A DNA stretch of 63,518 nt, counting the filler, from Octopus bimaculoides (taxonomy: Eukaryota): the NCBI RefSeq assembly GCF_001194135.2. It is 6 parts of 6 records of this genome, joined end to end, with 100 filler letters (N's around TTAATTAATTAA, not from the genome) between each part and the next. Parts side by side here need not be neighbours in the genome. Positions count along the whole stretch, not along the records: positions 14,752 to 44,884 come from NC_069007.1; 5 more parts are not named here. One strand, given 5' to 3'. Under the pieces are notes generated by a model, which was not told the origin of the DNA, did not search any database, and was given only the letters and a program-made list of their open reading frames with translations. The number at the start of each line of letters is the position of its first letter. Within the stretch, counting starts at the first letter, position 1. Both the position numbers and the translations under genes were made by a program. Positions 26,306 through 40,205 of this stretch are shown piece by piece.

Positions 26306-27754
26306 NNNNNNNNNNNNNNNNNNNNNNNNNNNNNNNNNNNNNNNNNNNNNNNNNNNNNNNNNNNNNNNNNNNNNNNNNNNNNNNNNNNNNNNNNNNNNNN
26401 NNNNNNNNNNNNNNNNNNNNNNNNNNNNNNNNNNNNNNNNNNNNNNNNNNNNNNNNNNNNNNNNNNNNNNNNNNNNNNNNNNNNNNNNNNNNNNNNNNNN
26501 NNNNNNNNNNNNNNNNNNNNNNNNNNNNNNNNNNNNNNNNNNNNNNNNNNNNNNNNNNNNNNNNNNNNNNNNNNNNNNNNNNNNNNNNNNNNNNNNNNNN
26601 NNNNNNNNNNNNNNNNNNNNNNNNNNNNNNNNNNNNNNNNNNNNNNNNNNNNNNNNNNNNNNNNNNNNNNNNNNNNNNNNNNNNNNNNNNNNNNNNNNNN
26701 NNNNNNNNNNNNNNNNNNNNNNNNNNNNNNNNNNNNNNNNNNNNNNNNNNNNNNNNNNNNNNNNNNNNNNNNNNNNNNNNNNNNNNNNNNNNNNNNNNNN
26801 NNNNNNNNNNNNNNNNNNNNNNNNNNNNNNNNNNNNNNNNNNNNNNNNNNNNNNNNNNNNNNNNNNNNNNNNNNNNNNNNNNNNNNNNNNNNNNNNNNNN
26901 NNNNNNNNNNNNNNNNNNNNNNNNNNNNNNNNNNNNNNNNNNNNNNNNNNNNNNNNNNNNNNNNNNNNNNNNNNNNNNNNNNNNNNNNNNNNNNNNNNNN
27001 NNNNNNNNNNNNNNNNNNNNNNNNNNNNNNNNNNNNNNNNNNNNNNNNNNNNNNNNNNNNNNNNNNNNNNNNNNNNNNNNNNATATATATATATATATAT
27101 ATATATAGGTATATATATTTTATTTTATATATATAATATATATCACTATTATCTTTACTTGGATGTTTGAAATAAAAACCAAGTCATATTTATTGTCTTT
27201 AATTATCTAATTTATTTTTCGAAATATCTATATATATGTAAAGTTATTTCTCAAATATTTATTTTTTTAAATTTATTCATTTGAAACCTTGAAAAAGATT
27301 AATGGCCATCTCATACCAAGAAACAAATTGGTTGAAAATTGCTTACAACTTGAATTTCAGCATCATATGATTTTAGAAGAAATTGGTAATTTTATACTTG
27401 AATATGGTTTGAGTAAAAAACGACTTCTCTAAGTGTAGGGAAGGGTGTTAATTTTCTTATTTCATTACCTTTTATGTTTTATGTATTTCAGTCATTGGAC
27501 TGCGCCCATGCTAGAGTATTGTCTTGGAGTGTGTGGTTGTGCAAATTGCTCTCAATACTTATTTTGTGAGTGTGTGTATGTAGGCATATATGTGTATGTA
27601 CATGTGTACGTGTGTGTATGTGTGTGTATATGTATATATATTTATTTATATAAACATGCTTTGGATATTTTCAGACAAGAAAATTTTCTGCAAGGATCAG
27701 GTGAGGAACACACAGAACAAGTGCTGGCTTGCTGTGTCCCCAAAACATTTACCT

Positions 27755-27949
27755 CAAGTGAAACAAAATCAAACATCCAGTCAACATCATGGTGTTTGAA
27801 GTGATCACTAGCGATGACAACATTATGCCTCCACTCATCTTCCCACACAGCCTCACACTCAACATGGAAACCTACATCAAGTGCCTGGAGGAGGTAGTGC
27901 TGCCCTGGGTGAAGAGGCTGGCTGCTGGAAGACCCTCTGTCTGGCAACA
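27755..27949 (+). mobile_element. Tc1/mariner-superfamily transposase catalytic fragment
   Basis: KHPVNIMVFEVITSDDNIMPPLIFPHSLTLNMETYIKCLEEVVLPWVKRLAAGRPSVWQ, truncated by a gap just before the expected QD..P.H motif. Confidence 0.8.
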
Positions 27950-28119
27950 NNNNNNNNNNTTAATATTTCAAGATATTTTTATGCAATTTTGGTAAATATA
28001 CCAGTTAAAATGAGATGTCAGTGTTATTTTCATTTTTGCATAATTTAGATGACAATTTTTTCATTGCACTTTGTGCATATATATGCACATACATACATAC
28101 ATACATACATACATACATA

Positions 28120-28595
28120 CATCATTGTCCGCTTTCCATGCTAGCATGGGTTGAACAATTTGACTGAGGACTGGTGCAACCAGGTGGCTACACTAGGCTC
28201 CAATCTGATTTGGCAGAGTTTCTACAGCTGGATGCCCTTCCTAATGCCAACCACTCCGAGAGTGTAGTGGGTGCTTTTATGTATCACTGGCACGAGGGCC
28301 AGTCATGTGGTACTGACAATGGCCACGCTCAAAATGGTATTTTTTATGTGCCACCTGCACAGGAGCCAGTCCAGCAGCATTGGCAACGACCTCGCTCAAA
28401 TGATTTTCTAACATGCCACCGGCGCAAGTGCCAGTAAGGCAACGCTGGTAGCGATCACTCTCAAATGGTGCAATTTACATGCCACTAGCATGGGAACCAA
28501 ACAACTGCTCTGGCAATGATCACGCTCGGATGGTGCTGTTAGTGCTCCACTGGCACAGGTGCCGGTCATTGAATATGGTTCAATTACGATTTCGA
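28120..28595 (-). mobile_element. RTE 3' end / family C with an internal degenerate ~64-bp tandem array
   Basis: Family C tail followed by about four units of tgccactggcac.ggagccagtc...ggcaacgatcacgctcaaatggt. Confidence 0.75.
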
Positions 28596-29382
28596 TTATC
28601 TATACACACACATATGCGTATGCATATATATATAGCTACACACACACACGCGCGCGCGCGCGCACACACATGCACAAAGGGATTCTGCATGCTTAGTGTC
28701 ACTCGATTTTGAAAGAGACAGTACTTGAAGAATGTTTGCTGTAATTAGTTACTAATTTTCATTCCATGCATAACAAATTCTAATGACCAGTGACCTCCAT
28801 AGCACTAGTCTAAGAATGTAGCAGGCTTGAACCCACACTCTCATGATTATGAATCAAGCATCTCATCTTGCCCAAACACCTAGCCTGATTTAATCCACTA
28901 CATTAACTGAAAGAAGGAAAATTCCAATACACACCTGTAATAAAAACTAACCCACCTGCCCGTCCCTTCCACCTTATGCATAGAAATCTTTCACCAGAAT
29001 AACAGCGTAAGAGCCATGTAATAAATATTGATGGTTTGTATTTTGATTTTATTGCACAATTGAATCTCCAAAGTCATTTACATTTCGGTTCATGTTGTGC
29101 CAAAAGTTTAAGAATTGGTAAATGGAATTTTTCACTAAATCAAAAGTGATAAAATCAAAAAAATAAATAAAACTTTCCTGGCATTTAACTTCAGTTTTTC
29201 TGTGAGAAATATTTCATGTTGCTGTCTCATATTTACTTACCAGGATTGTTAAATGTATATTCATGTACATATGTTGGTCTATCTATCTATCTACTTATGT
29301 ATCTAACTGTCTATCTATCTGTCTTCTGTTTATATATAACTATCTATTTATTTGTCTGTCTGTCTATCTATCTATCTTTCTC

Positions 29383-29466
<84 letters not shown>

Positions 29467-29662
29467 CAGCATACATACATTAATGCATATATGTCTATAA
29501 TTGTATGTTGATATATACACATATGTGTATGAATACATCTATCAATCTATTTATCTATGCATGCATGCATGTATGCATGTGTGTGTGTGTGTACACATGC
29601 ATACATATATGTTACAACATAGATTAAGTTAATGAGACATCAACATGAAACAGTTCTGAATT

Positions 29663-29705
<43 letters not shown>

Positions 29706-29730
29706 ATATACATATACATATACATACATA

Positions 29731-29763
<33 letters not shown>

Positions 29764-30285
29764 TTTATACACATACGTGCAAACACAGATGTAATAAAAA
29801 TAAATATATTTTCCCTGTTAGTATTTCACAAACAAAACGAGGAAATTCATGGTCTGAAAAGGGAAAAGGGTTTCTCATTTTTATATTATTCTTTTGTTTC
29901 GTTATTTCTATTATTTTAATGTATTTTATTACAAATTATTTATATTTATTATTTATTTACATTCAAAGAAATTTTTCATTATTTTTATTATTAAAAATTT
30001 TGTCTAAAATTTCTCACGGTTTTACAAACAAAATGAATTTCAGTGTGAAAATTTTATTTTAGTATCGCAGTATGAAAATTTTATTTTAGTATCGCAGTAT
30101 GGAAAGATTTTATTTATTCCTTTTATAGGAGTGGGTTGTGTTATAAGAAATTTGTCTGCCAACCACAAGGTTCCAGGTTCAGTCCCATTACATGGCACAT
30201 TGGGCTAGTGTCTTCTACTACAGCCATGAGCTAACCAAGACATGTGAGTGTATTTAATAGATAGAAAATGGAAGAAGCCTGTTGT

Positions 30286-30321
<36 letters not shown>

Positions 30322-30553
30322 ACATCTACATCAATGGATACACCTAAACCAGATGTCAAGTATCCCACCAATGAGAGATCGATGCTAAATGCATCGAAAC
30401 AGTTGTAGTGACCAATAAGCATTCTCGTATCTTCCATCTTCGTCTCTCTCACTAATCAAATATATATATAATTATATGTGTACGTGTGTGTGTGTGTGTG
30501 TGTGTCCCACTATTGCTTGACAACTAGTATTAATATGTTTACCTACCTGTGGT

Positions 30554-30908
30554 GAAGGTGCAATAGCCCAGTGGTTAAGGCAGCGGACTCGCAGTTTTGA
30601 TTCCCAGACTGGGCGTTGTGAGTGTTTATTGAGCGAAAACACCTAAAGCTCCACAAGGCTCCGGCAAGGGATGATGGCGAACCCTGCTGTACTCTTCCAC
30701 CACAACTTTCTCTCATTCTTACTTCCTATTTCTGTTGTGCCTGTAATTCAAAGGGTCAGCCTTGTCACACTGTGTCACGCTGAATATCCCCCGAGAACTA
30801 CGTTAAGGGTACACTTGTCTGTGGAGTACTCAGCCACTTGCACGTTAATTTCACGAGCAGGCTGTTCCGTTGATCAGATCAACTGGAACCCTCGGAGTGC
30901 CAACAACC
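30554..30908 (+). mobile_element. SINE family B, full length
   Basis: tRNA-like head ggtgcaatagcccagtggttaaggcagcggactc...gattcccagac; the body matches 34698-35040 and 31741-31852. Confidence 0.85.
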
Positions 30909-31740
30909 AATGTAGACAGTGAATTTCTGCCCTAGGTGTCAGGAAGGCATTCAGCAAGAAATGGAAACAATTGAAAGAAGACAATAAGGAAAATAATGAT
31001 AATAATAATAATAGTTTCAAATTTTTGCTCAAGGCTAGCAATTTCAGGGTGAGGGGATAAATCGATTACATCAACCCCAGTACATGACTGGTACTTATTT
31101 TATCAACCCCAAAAGGATGAATGGGGAATTTGAACTCAAAACATGGTAAGCATTTTGCCTGGTGTGCTAATGATTCTGATGATGATGATGACAATGATGA
31201 TGATTTCATTTATAATACTAGTAACAACAACAAAAACAATCCTTCTTCTCCCCCCCCCTCCTCCTTCTTCTCTGCTTCCTCATATTTCCTCTTCTTCTTC
31301 TCCATTTCTACTTCATCTTCCATTTCTTTCTTCATGCAATAGCGTATATATTTTTTGCGTGGGGGGAGNNNNNNNNNNNNNNNNNNNNNNNNNNNNNNNN
31401 NNNNNNNNNNNNNNNNNNNNNNNNNNNNNNNNNNNNNNNNNNNNNNNNNNNNNNNNNNNNNNNNNNNNNNNNNNNNNNNNNNNNNNNNNNNNNNNNNNNN
31501 NNNNNNNNNNNNNNNNNNNNNNNNNNNNNNNNNNNNNNNNNNNNNNNNNNNNNNNNNNNNNNNNNNNNNNNNNNNNNNNNNNNNNNNNNNNNNNNNNNNN
31601 NNNNNNNNNNNNNNNNNNNNNNNNNNNNNNNNNNNNTCGAAATGATTGCTGTGGGGGTGTGGGCACAGGTGGGGGGAAGAAAAGGAAAAGAAAAATAGGA
31701 AAGAAAATGGCATGTTTTATGAAGTGTAATGATCACCAGT

Positions 31741-31852
31741 GGAGGCGCAATGGCCCAGTGGTTAGGGCAGCAGACACGCGGTCATAGGATCGCGGTCTCA
31801 ATTCCCAGACCGGGCATTGTGAGTGTTTATTGAGCGAAAACACCTAATGCTC
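31741..31852 (+). mobile_element. SINE family B, 5' head only
   Basis: ggaggcgcaatggcccagtggttagggcagcagacacgcggtcataggatcgcggtctcaattcccagaccggg. Confidence 0.8.
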
Positions 31853-31904
31853 TGTACCTGCCACGAAATCAAACCAGCATTATAATTTTGATTAAAAAAA
31901 CACC

Positions 31905-32170
31905 AAAGGTAAAGTTACCTTCTTGAGTCAGGCTAACTCATAAGGGCCAGTTTGCCGGTTTCTATGGCATATAAATTCCTCACCTGGATGGGACACCCAT
32001 CCGTCTCAGGATTATTATTCATTGTTGCTAGTTTAGCAGAATGGAGCCACATGAAATGAAATCTTTTGCTCAAGAACACATGTCGCCTGGTCCAGGAATT
32101 GAAACCACAATCTTACAATCCACTAAGCCACGTGCCTCCCCATATGATCTTGAGTCCAACAGCCTAACTA
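31905..32170 (-). mobile_element. SINE (family E)
   Basis: ctaactcataagggccagtt...tggagc.acatgaaatgaa...ggaattgaaaccaca; homologous to 38535-38785. Confidence 0.7.
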
Positions 32171-32479
32171 TTTGGCCACTCATATTCACCCACTACCACT
32201 ACCACGAACAAGAACAACAACTCATCTGTACTAATCAATGAAACCAATGAAAAGCTGAGCTGTTCAATTATCACTTAATTAAAACTCATAGATTAGTGAA
32301 AACGGTATTTTTCAAATGTTTTTCCAAAGAGACTGAGAAACGAATAAGAAATGTTTGCATGTTTTTATAGTCTTTATATCTCTTCTTTTCCTTTTTTTCT
32401 TTTTTTTTCATTGCATATAAGCAGAGCAGAAAAGCTGAACTGATTGCTATAAGAGAAAGAAAACAAATTTTCAATATAC

Positions 32480-32526
<47 letters not shown>

Positions 32527-32528
<2 letters not shown>

Positions 32529-32894
32529 TGTAGGAGTGGCTGTGTGGTAAGTAGCTTGCTTACCAACCACATGGCTCCCGGTTCAGTCCCACTGTGTGGT
32601 ACCTTGGGCAAGTGTCTTCTACTATAGACTCAGGCCGACCAAAGCCTTGTGAGTGGATTTGGTAGACAGAAACTGAAATAAGCCTGTTGTATATATGTAT
32701 ATATATATATATGTGTGTCTGTGCTTGTCCCCCTAACATCGCTTGACAACCGATGCTGGTGTGTTTATGTCCCCGTAATCTAGTGGTTCGCCAAAAGGGG
32801 CCGATAGAATAAGTACTAGACTTACAAAGAATAAATCCTGGGGTCGATTTGCTCGACTAAAGGCGGTGCTCCAGCATGGCCGCAGTCAAATGAC
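32527..32894 (+). mobile_element. SINE family A, full length
   Basis: Head ggagtggctgtgtggtaagtagcttgcttaccaaccacatgg..ggttcagtcccac, central (TA/TG)n, 3' end gctccagcatggccgcagtcaaatgac. Confidence 0.9.
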
Positions 32895-33434
32895 GACAAC
32901 GACGATGATGATGATGATGATGATGAGGGTAGTATTGCGTGATGGTGGTGATGAGAATAAAGATGATGATGACTGTGGTGATGATGATGATGGTGGGGGT
33001 TGAGGGTAGAGGTGGTGAGAATAAAGATGATGATGATGGTGGTGATGATGATGATGACAATAAATAAAGATACAGAAGATGATAAAAAGTGAGGAGGAGG
33101 AGAAGAAGAAGAAGAAGAAGAAGAATGGTGACAACAACAACAACAACAACAACAACGGAAGAATGGAAGAATGAAAGAAAATGAAATTTGAAGGAAAGTC
33201 AAGTAAGAGCAGGAGATGAAAGGCTGATAGGTTTGTGTGAAGTGCGAGACCATTATTAGTCTAAGACATAAAGAATTGTTAAAAGAATTTATTTAACAGT
33301 GGCAGTTTATGAGATTCTCATAAGTTCTCTGTTTAGTCCTAAGAGAATATAATAAGGAAACTAGTTCTACTAGACGTTATTGGCTAAACAGAGAGTGCTG
33401 CTAGCTATTAGCTATAGATGGTCACACTTGCATA

Positions 33435-33519
<85 letters not shown>

Positions 33520-33569
33520 TGATTAGAGTTAAAGAGAGAAGAGGACCAATCAGCATTCCCTGGCATCTG

Positions 33570-33830
33570 AATGTCCACAAGATATATGATGCTGTGTTGA
33601 AGAAAGAGCTTTAGACTCGCTTGTTCAGCATTGAAAATATTACAGCATGGGAGATTTTTGAGACCAGGCTCTTCAATGTGCTGCTGAAACACTGGGATAT
33701 GCTACTGCCAGACACAGAGACTGGTTTGATGACAATGATGCTGAAGTTCAGCAACTATTGTTTGTAAAGCACCATGCCCACAGTGTACTGCTACACAGAG
33801 AACTGTCTACTGTGCAGCGAAGTCTAGCAC
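33570..33830 (+). mobile_element. RTE (BovB-like) LINE inter-domain fragment
   Basis: One frame reads QALQCAAETLGYATARHRDWFDDNDAEVQQLL..KHHAH, the W-F-D-x-N-D motif of RTE ORFs. Confidence 0.75.
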
Positions 33831-34085
33831 TTACCCACTTATAACAGTGGGCAAGTGCTACCCCGTTGGGGTAGTTAGACTTCATCCAAGGCAAAACCTT
33901 ATACTACAGGACTTTATAATAAACTTCAGCCCCCACCTTTTCCCCAAACTTGAAAAAATGGAGAGGCATCTGTTTTCCATCTGATGCTATAACTCCAAGT
34001 ACCATGATCTGAGCTGGGAGCTCGGTTCTAAAGAAACCCTTTACTTCAGAAGGTGATTTAGCAACGTATCAATCATTGCAACAAT

Positions 34086-34670
34086 TTAAAACAACATCAA
34101 TGGTAAAGATTTCATCTGAAAGGCTTTGACGGTTTGTCTATTGTGCTTCAGGTATTGCAACACATTTTTGGTCCTTTCATGCATTCTGGCATTTATTGCA
34201 TGGGTCAACAGGTGTTTCAAGGTCTTCACGTACGACCACAACTGTAAATCAGTGTATACAGCAGTTCTGATGGTCTTTGGATCAACTGTCATGTCCATGA
34301 ACAGTTTTCTCATGGATGTTGTTGGGTCTTTTGAAATTTTGGCTTTGAGAGATTTAAGAAATGCATCCTCTTGCTTTCTCTCGATGCCTCCCATATCCTG
34401 CATTCGGTTCTTAACGTTGTAGACAGTGCTCACAGAGGCCCCAACAGTCTCAGCAAAACATCTAATTACAGCCCCGGCATTAAGCAAATATGCAATATGT
34501 TGTTTCTTGCCTTCTTGAATGGACATATTACATCGGATGACTGGAACTTCTGCTTAAATTAACTCTATATACCTCCACCCTGAAATAGGAAACAATATTT
34601 TAGTATTTACACTCAGGAATATATAAAAATAAGGCTTCCAAAATATTCAAAGTTTTGCTTCCTTGCTCTG
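34086..34670 (-). mobile_element. Tc1-like transposon 5' end and HTH region
   Basis: ORF 34086..34526: AETVGASVSTVYNVKNR...KAKISKDPTTSMRKL..MTVDPKTIRTAV..DLQLWSY; a possible left end TA-cagagcaagg at 34670. Confidence 0.75.
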
Positions 34671-34697
34671 TATATACATATATATCCAGCCCCGTGT

Positions 34698-35040
34698 GGA
34701 GGTGCAATGGCCCAGTGGTTAGTGCAGCGGACTCACGGTCATAGGATCATGATTTCAATTCGCAGACCAGGCATTGTGAGTGTTTATTGAGCGAAAACAC
34801 CTAAAGCTCCACGAGGCTCCGGCAGGGGATGGTGGCTAACCCTGCTATACTCTTCCACCACAACTTTCTCTCACTCTTACTTCCTGTTTCTGTTGTGCTT
34901 GTAATTCAAAGGGTCGGCCTTGTCACACTGTGTCACTCTGTGGAGTGCTCAGCCACTTGCACGTTCATTTCACGAGCAGGCTGTTCCGTTGATCGGATCA
35001 ACTGGAACCCTCAACGTTGTAAGTGACGGAGTGCCAACAA
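34698..35040 (+). mobile_element. SINE family B with ~40-bp internal deletion
   Basis: Collinear with 30554-30908 but lacks gctgaatatccccgagaactacgttaagggtacac. Confidence 0.85.
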
Positions 35041-36599
35041 TCCAGCCCCACTTCTGCCCCTGCTATTTCTAAGGGGATCCTGAAGGCTAGACTCTTCAGC
35101 TGCCTCTTCAACAGGTCTACTGGTTCCTATCAGAAGCAACCAGCATTACACTTCCTAACTAGATTCCTTAGTCCACCCAACTGGGACTTTGGATATTCTC
35201 CAACCATCTCGTTCTTGGTCTACCTCTGGGTCTCCAGTCATTTGACTTGGTTTGAAGAATCTATCTTGCGATTCTTTCTTGCAACATTTTAATCACATGT
35301 CAATAGCATCAGACCTGTCACCTCAAAGACAAAATAAATCAAGTCGGTGGTTGTTTTTTGGTGTGTGTGTGTGGGGGGTGGGGTACAGCTGAGTGATTGC
35401 GTTCACAAAAAAGAAATTGTTGCAACTTATTATGATTGTCTGAAGACACTTTTTTGTTTTCGAAAAATATAAAAAAACATTTGATTAAAATAAATATTTT
35501 CTTGCTAATTATTGAATTATTTGATGTTAACAATGTCCAACATAGCCTCTGTTGTCTGGTACATGCAAACAGTCGTAGAAAATTGTCTGTCTTTCTTAAT
35601 CGTTGTCATCATCATTTTCATCAACACCATTGTCATCATCATCATTATTGTCATCACCATAGTGTCATCGTCATCACCATTATCATCACTGTCATCATCA
35701 CCACCACCACCATCATTACCGTCCTCATTGTCGCCATTATCATCATCATCATCATAATTATTACTACAGCCAACACTTTCATCATCAACATCACCATCAT
35801 CATCACCACCACTACCACCCCTACTACCTCCACAACCAACATCTTCATCACAATCATTATGTCAACATCATCATCACCATTATTATCATTGTCATCATCA
35901 TCACCACTACCTTGACCACAACCTTAACCATCCTTATCATCACCATCACCGACATCATTTTCATCCCAGCTGTTATGTTGCTGTTCCCTTTTCTATATTT
36001 GCATGAGATGGGCCAGACAGGATTCCTTAAGACCAACATTTTTGAGGAGAGGGGGTTTAGTTGGTTACATCGATACCAGCATATGACTGGCATTTTCATT
36101 TTATTGTCCTGAAAGTATGAAAGGGCAAAGTTGACTGCGACAGGATTTGAACTCAAACTACAAACTATTAAAACAAATGCAACATAGTATTGATGGGTTC
36201 TAGTCTAGTCCCAGGCCAACCAAAAATCTTGTAAATGGATTTGGTAGAAGGCACCCAAAAGCCTATCATACATATACATTCATGTATATATAGGTAAATA
36301 TATATATATGCATATCTCTCTCTCTCTCTCTCTCTATATATANNNNNNNNNNNNNNNNNNNNNNNNNNNNNNNNNNNNNNNNNNNNNNNNNNNNNNNNNN
36401 NNNNNNNNNNNNNNNNNNNNNNNNNNNNNNNNNNNNNNNNNNNNNNNNNNNNNNNNNNNNNNNNNNNNNNNNNNNNNNNNNNNNNNNNNNNNNNNNNNNN
36501 NNNNNNNNNNNNNNNNNNNNNNNNNNNNNNNNNNNTATATATATATATATATATATTGTTGTATTTGGGGATGGTCATGTTGCCAGTTTAGCCAATAAA

Positions 36600-36945
36600 A
36601 ACACGCGCACTGTATATTTGGTGTTAATTTGCTTGCTTCCAGTCTGGAGTGGCACACGCAGTAACCAGATAGTCACAGCCATGTTTACATGATCTTCTTG
36701 CTAACTTTCAGCAGGTCTCCATAAAGGTACTCATTTGTTATATGTAGCTGCCATTCCACATTTAGAACCGTTCGTAGCATTCTTGTGTAGCAGCCATTAT
36801 CAAATATCAATGTAAGTGTGAAGAGGTTTTCCTCTTACACCGCAACGAAGTGGGTTCCACAAGACTACTTTGGATGCTTCTAGTCCAGATTGGCACTCGC
36901 AGTAACCAGATAGTTGCAGCCATCTTTGCCTGATCTTCTCAATAA
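36600..36945 (-). mobile_element. two tandem RTE-X-like LINE C-terminal fragments
   Basis: GCYTRMLRTVLNVEWQLHITNEYLYGDLLKVSKKI and EKIRQRWLQLSGYCEC..LEASKVVLWNP..GVRGKP..TYID; direct repeat at 36637-36698 / 36879-36940. Confidence 0.75.
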
Positions 36946-37465
36946 AGTTGATGAAATATCAACAGTAGTTTTAATTTCCCTCAATTCAAAACAGGAAATT
37001 TATATCATAGAACTAAGGGCGGACTCTGGCATTTTTGCATCAAAAGGATTAAGGCAATTCCTCAGTATAGTCACAGTCCTATGACCAAAACAAGTAAAGC
37101 ACAAAACCCAAAGATCATAGCAAGATTCTGCATAACTGATTAGAACTTAAGACTTATATATATCAGATAATAATAGAGTCTCTGTGTGTTTGTATTTTTA
37201 CTGGCTTAGCATGAGGATTCTTAATAGCACCACCAAACCTCCGATGCCAAGCCTGTTGCTTCCTGGCGATTTCTTTTATTGCAGACTGCTGTCTGAACTT
37301 GACACTTTATTTGCACTTGATACCAATAAATTTCCACAAAGCTAAAATCTCAAGAATAACAATTTTTGCTTTGTTCATATATAATTAGTAAGCAGCAAGG
37401 AATTCTCTTGGTTTACCAATTTAACTTCCAGTAGAGGTTTCTAAAATATTCCTCTGTCTATTTTT

Positions 37466-37999
37466 ATGTTTGTCTCTCTCTCTCTCTCTCCCTTCTCTCT
37501 TTTACTCTCCCTCTCTCTTTTTTCTATTTATCAGTCTATCCCTCTCTCTATTTCTCTCTCTCTTTCCATCCATCTATCTGTCTATTTACCCATCTATCTA
37601 ACTATCTTTCTATTTATCCATCCATTCATCAATCCATCTTTCTCTCTCTCTCTCTCTCTCTCCATCTATCTATCTATCAAGCTATCTATCTTTCTATTTA
37701 TCTTTCTATCTTTTTATTTATCCATCCATCTATCTATTCTTCCATTTATTTCTCTCTCTCTCTCTCTCTCTCTATCCATCTAACTTTCTTTCCAGCCAGC
37801 CAGCAAACCATACATCCATCCATGAATCCATCACTTGAACTACTTATCCATCTATCTATGTAACTGTGTCAGTCGGTCTGTCGGTCTGCCTGTCTATCTA
37901 CCTATCTCTCTGTGCTTCTATCTATCTATCTTTTTATCTAATTATCATTCTATTATCTAACTATCTATATATCTATCTATCTATCTATCTAGCTAGCTG

Positions 38000-38036
<37 letters not shown>

Positions 38037-38115
38037 TTATCTATCTATCTGTCTATCTATTTCTCTATCTATCTATCTATCTATCTATGTACCTCTGTCT
38101 CTCTATCTCTTTCTG
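37466..38115. repeat. (CT)n/(TCTA)n low-complexity field
   Basis: Direct reading. Confidence 0.9.
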
Positions 38116-38534
38116 TCTTCCTTCTTTTAATCTTTTTCTGCCTTTTCACCAATCTAATGCCCATTTCAACAATTTTCCTGCAATAGGCTTACTTTTAAAT
38201 TCAGCTTGACAGACATATAGATTTAAAATATTCAAATGCAACAATGATTTACACGTTTAGGACTGAGCACCATTGATTTCCCATAGTCAAGCTGACCCCA
38301 GCCCTAACTCTAACCCTAATTCTCACCTTAGCCTTAATCACTACCCAATAACTTGTGATAATGTCTTCGCTTCAGTTGGAAAATGATTGTTATCTAGACC
38401 TGTTGATGGGTGAGCAGATGTCGAGAGAAACAATAAAGTTATTGCATACACCATCTTGCCAATAGATAGCACTACTGTTACTCAGAAATACCAAGGAGAG
38501 CTTTGAACCCATCAGACCAAAAAGAAGGTCAAAA

Positions 38535-38785
38535 AATCCATGGTAAAGTTACCTTCTCATGCCATACCAACTCATAAGGGCCAGTTTCCATGATGTCTAT
38601 ATTCCCAACCTGGACAGGACACTGGTCAGCCGTAGGATTACTCATGTTTGCCAGCTGAGTGGACTGGAGCAACATGAAATGAAGTGCTTTGCTCAAGAAC
38701 AATGCATTGCCTGGTCCAGGAATCGAAACCACAATCTTATGATCATGATGCTGACACCCTAACCACTAAGCCACACATCTCCACA
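38535..38785 (-). mobile_element. SINE (family E)
   Basis: Matches 31905-32170; the reverse complement begins with a tRNA-like gtggcttagtggttaggg...gtggtttcgattcc head. Confidence 0.75.
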
Positions 38786-39784
38786 AACTATGGCAGAAGT
38801 CCAACTATCAAGAATAGAAATGATTGTGGCTGTTTGAGTTAAAACCCAATGCTGCATCTAGTAAGATGGGTATTATTAAGTGCTAATGTTTCAATTTAAT
38901 CCAAACTCCCTTATTATTCCCAGTAAAACCTCTCGAGATATTTAAATGACTGGCTTTTCATATTGTATGAGATTACGAAGCCAGCATCTCTGTACAGTCC
39001 AGGGCTATTGAGCTACAATTTCTGATTGTATTAAGGATAAACAACTCTATGAGTTGACTACCTGGACTCTGAGAAAGCGCCCCATGGAAATGCCAAAAGA
39101 AGAGTCACCCTCCTTTTTATATCATGCTGAAATCAACTATTATAGTACTTTTTCAATGGAGGTGGTCAAAAGTCTCCCTTGGTTTTCTACAAAATTTTGT
39201 ATACCATTATACAATATATGTTGCATGTTCATTCATGGAAATAATACAAAAAACAAACTTTAAAAATAACAGCAAGACTTTATTCCTCTGTCAAATAAAG
39301 TTGTCTAAGAATAAGTTACATGCAACGTGACTGGATCTTCAATCCAAATCCCATGCAATATTCAACCAATCAAAGCGCAGGACTCACATGATAAGTAAGA
39401 CAACCAATCATTACAGATTAACGTGCTGAGCCTCTCTCAGTTTAATGTATTCAATATAGCATAATAGGAAATGGTCTTGCTACACAATTATATCATGTTG
39501 GAACCAGCATGATATAGCAGTAATGCTAAATTCCATCATTATCTGAAAATCTAGATTACTGAAGAGAGAATTCATAAATGAGAGGATGAATGTGTGAAAT
39601 ATCGAATTGGGGAAATCTTGAGAATAGTTTCAGTTCATTGCTATAAGAAACAGTAAATAATGATAGAACGGTAATTTTATTGTGTCAATTTGTTAGTACT
39701 CTTCATTCAGGTGAGGAATAGCTTTGAGAATATTTGACTAGTTTACCTAATTATTCATAATTTGTTTTTCAAGGTGTTGGTTAA

Positions 39785-39993
39785 ACCTTTTGGTACCTGC
39801 TTTGGAATGGCTTTGATTCAATGATGTTCCCTTCCTGTTTTAATATGATCTAAATCAAAACTTTGAATCGACATTTCGTTTATGTTCCAGGCTTTAGCTT
39901 AATAAGGTCAAAGATATACTAAATGCATCATTATTTTTAAGATCAATTGAAACAAAACCAGTGAATATCGAGAGAAATATGGTAACAAAATGG
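39785..39993 (+). mobile_element. piggyBac-like MITE
   Basis: TTAA at 39781-84 and 39994-97; imperfect TIR accttttggtacc / ggtaacaaaatgg; the body matches units at 42403-44500. Confidence 0.65.
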
Positions 39994-40205
39994 TTAATCA
40001 GCTTGAGGAGTGTTTAAAATGATAATGTGGTCTACCTGAATCAATTCATATCTCTATCTATCTATCTATCTATCCATCTATCTTATCTATATATCTATCT
40101 TGCAACCACTCACAAGGCTCTGATTGGGCTGAGACTAAAGTTGAAGACACTTGCCCAAGGAGCCATGCAGTGGGACTGAACCTATATATACATATATATA
40201 TATAT

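Noticed and set aside
26164-27170. Longest ORFs in the track (300+ aa); also 4909-5529, 50756-51458, 55154-57106
   Set aside because: Composed of X from N gaps.
27265-27432. Open frame FETLKKINGHLIPRNKLVENCLQLEFQHHMILEEIG...
   Set aside because: No recognisable homology, weak acceptor and AT-rich; only a trivial resemblance to dynein.
31741-31815. tRNA-like sequences at SINE heads
   Set aside because: A/B boxes are present but run into SINE bodies with no complete cloverleaf; multiple diverged copies.
37170-37345. Protein-like minus frame ...QQSAIKEIARKQQAWHRRFGG... and plus frame LLSELDTLF
   Set aside because: Both are bounded by in-frame stops with no matching splice pair; family not recognised.
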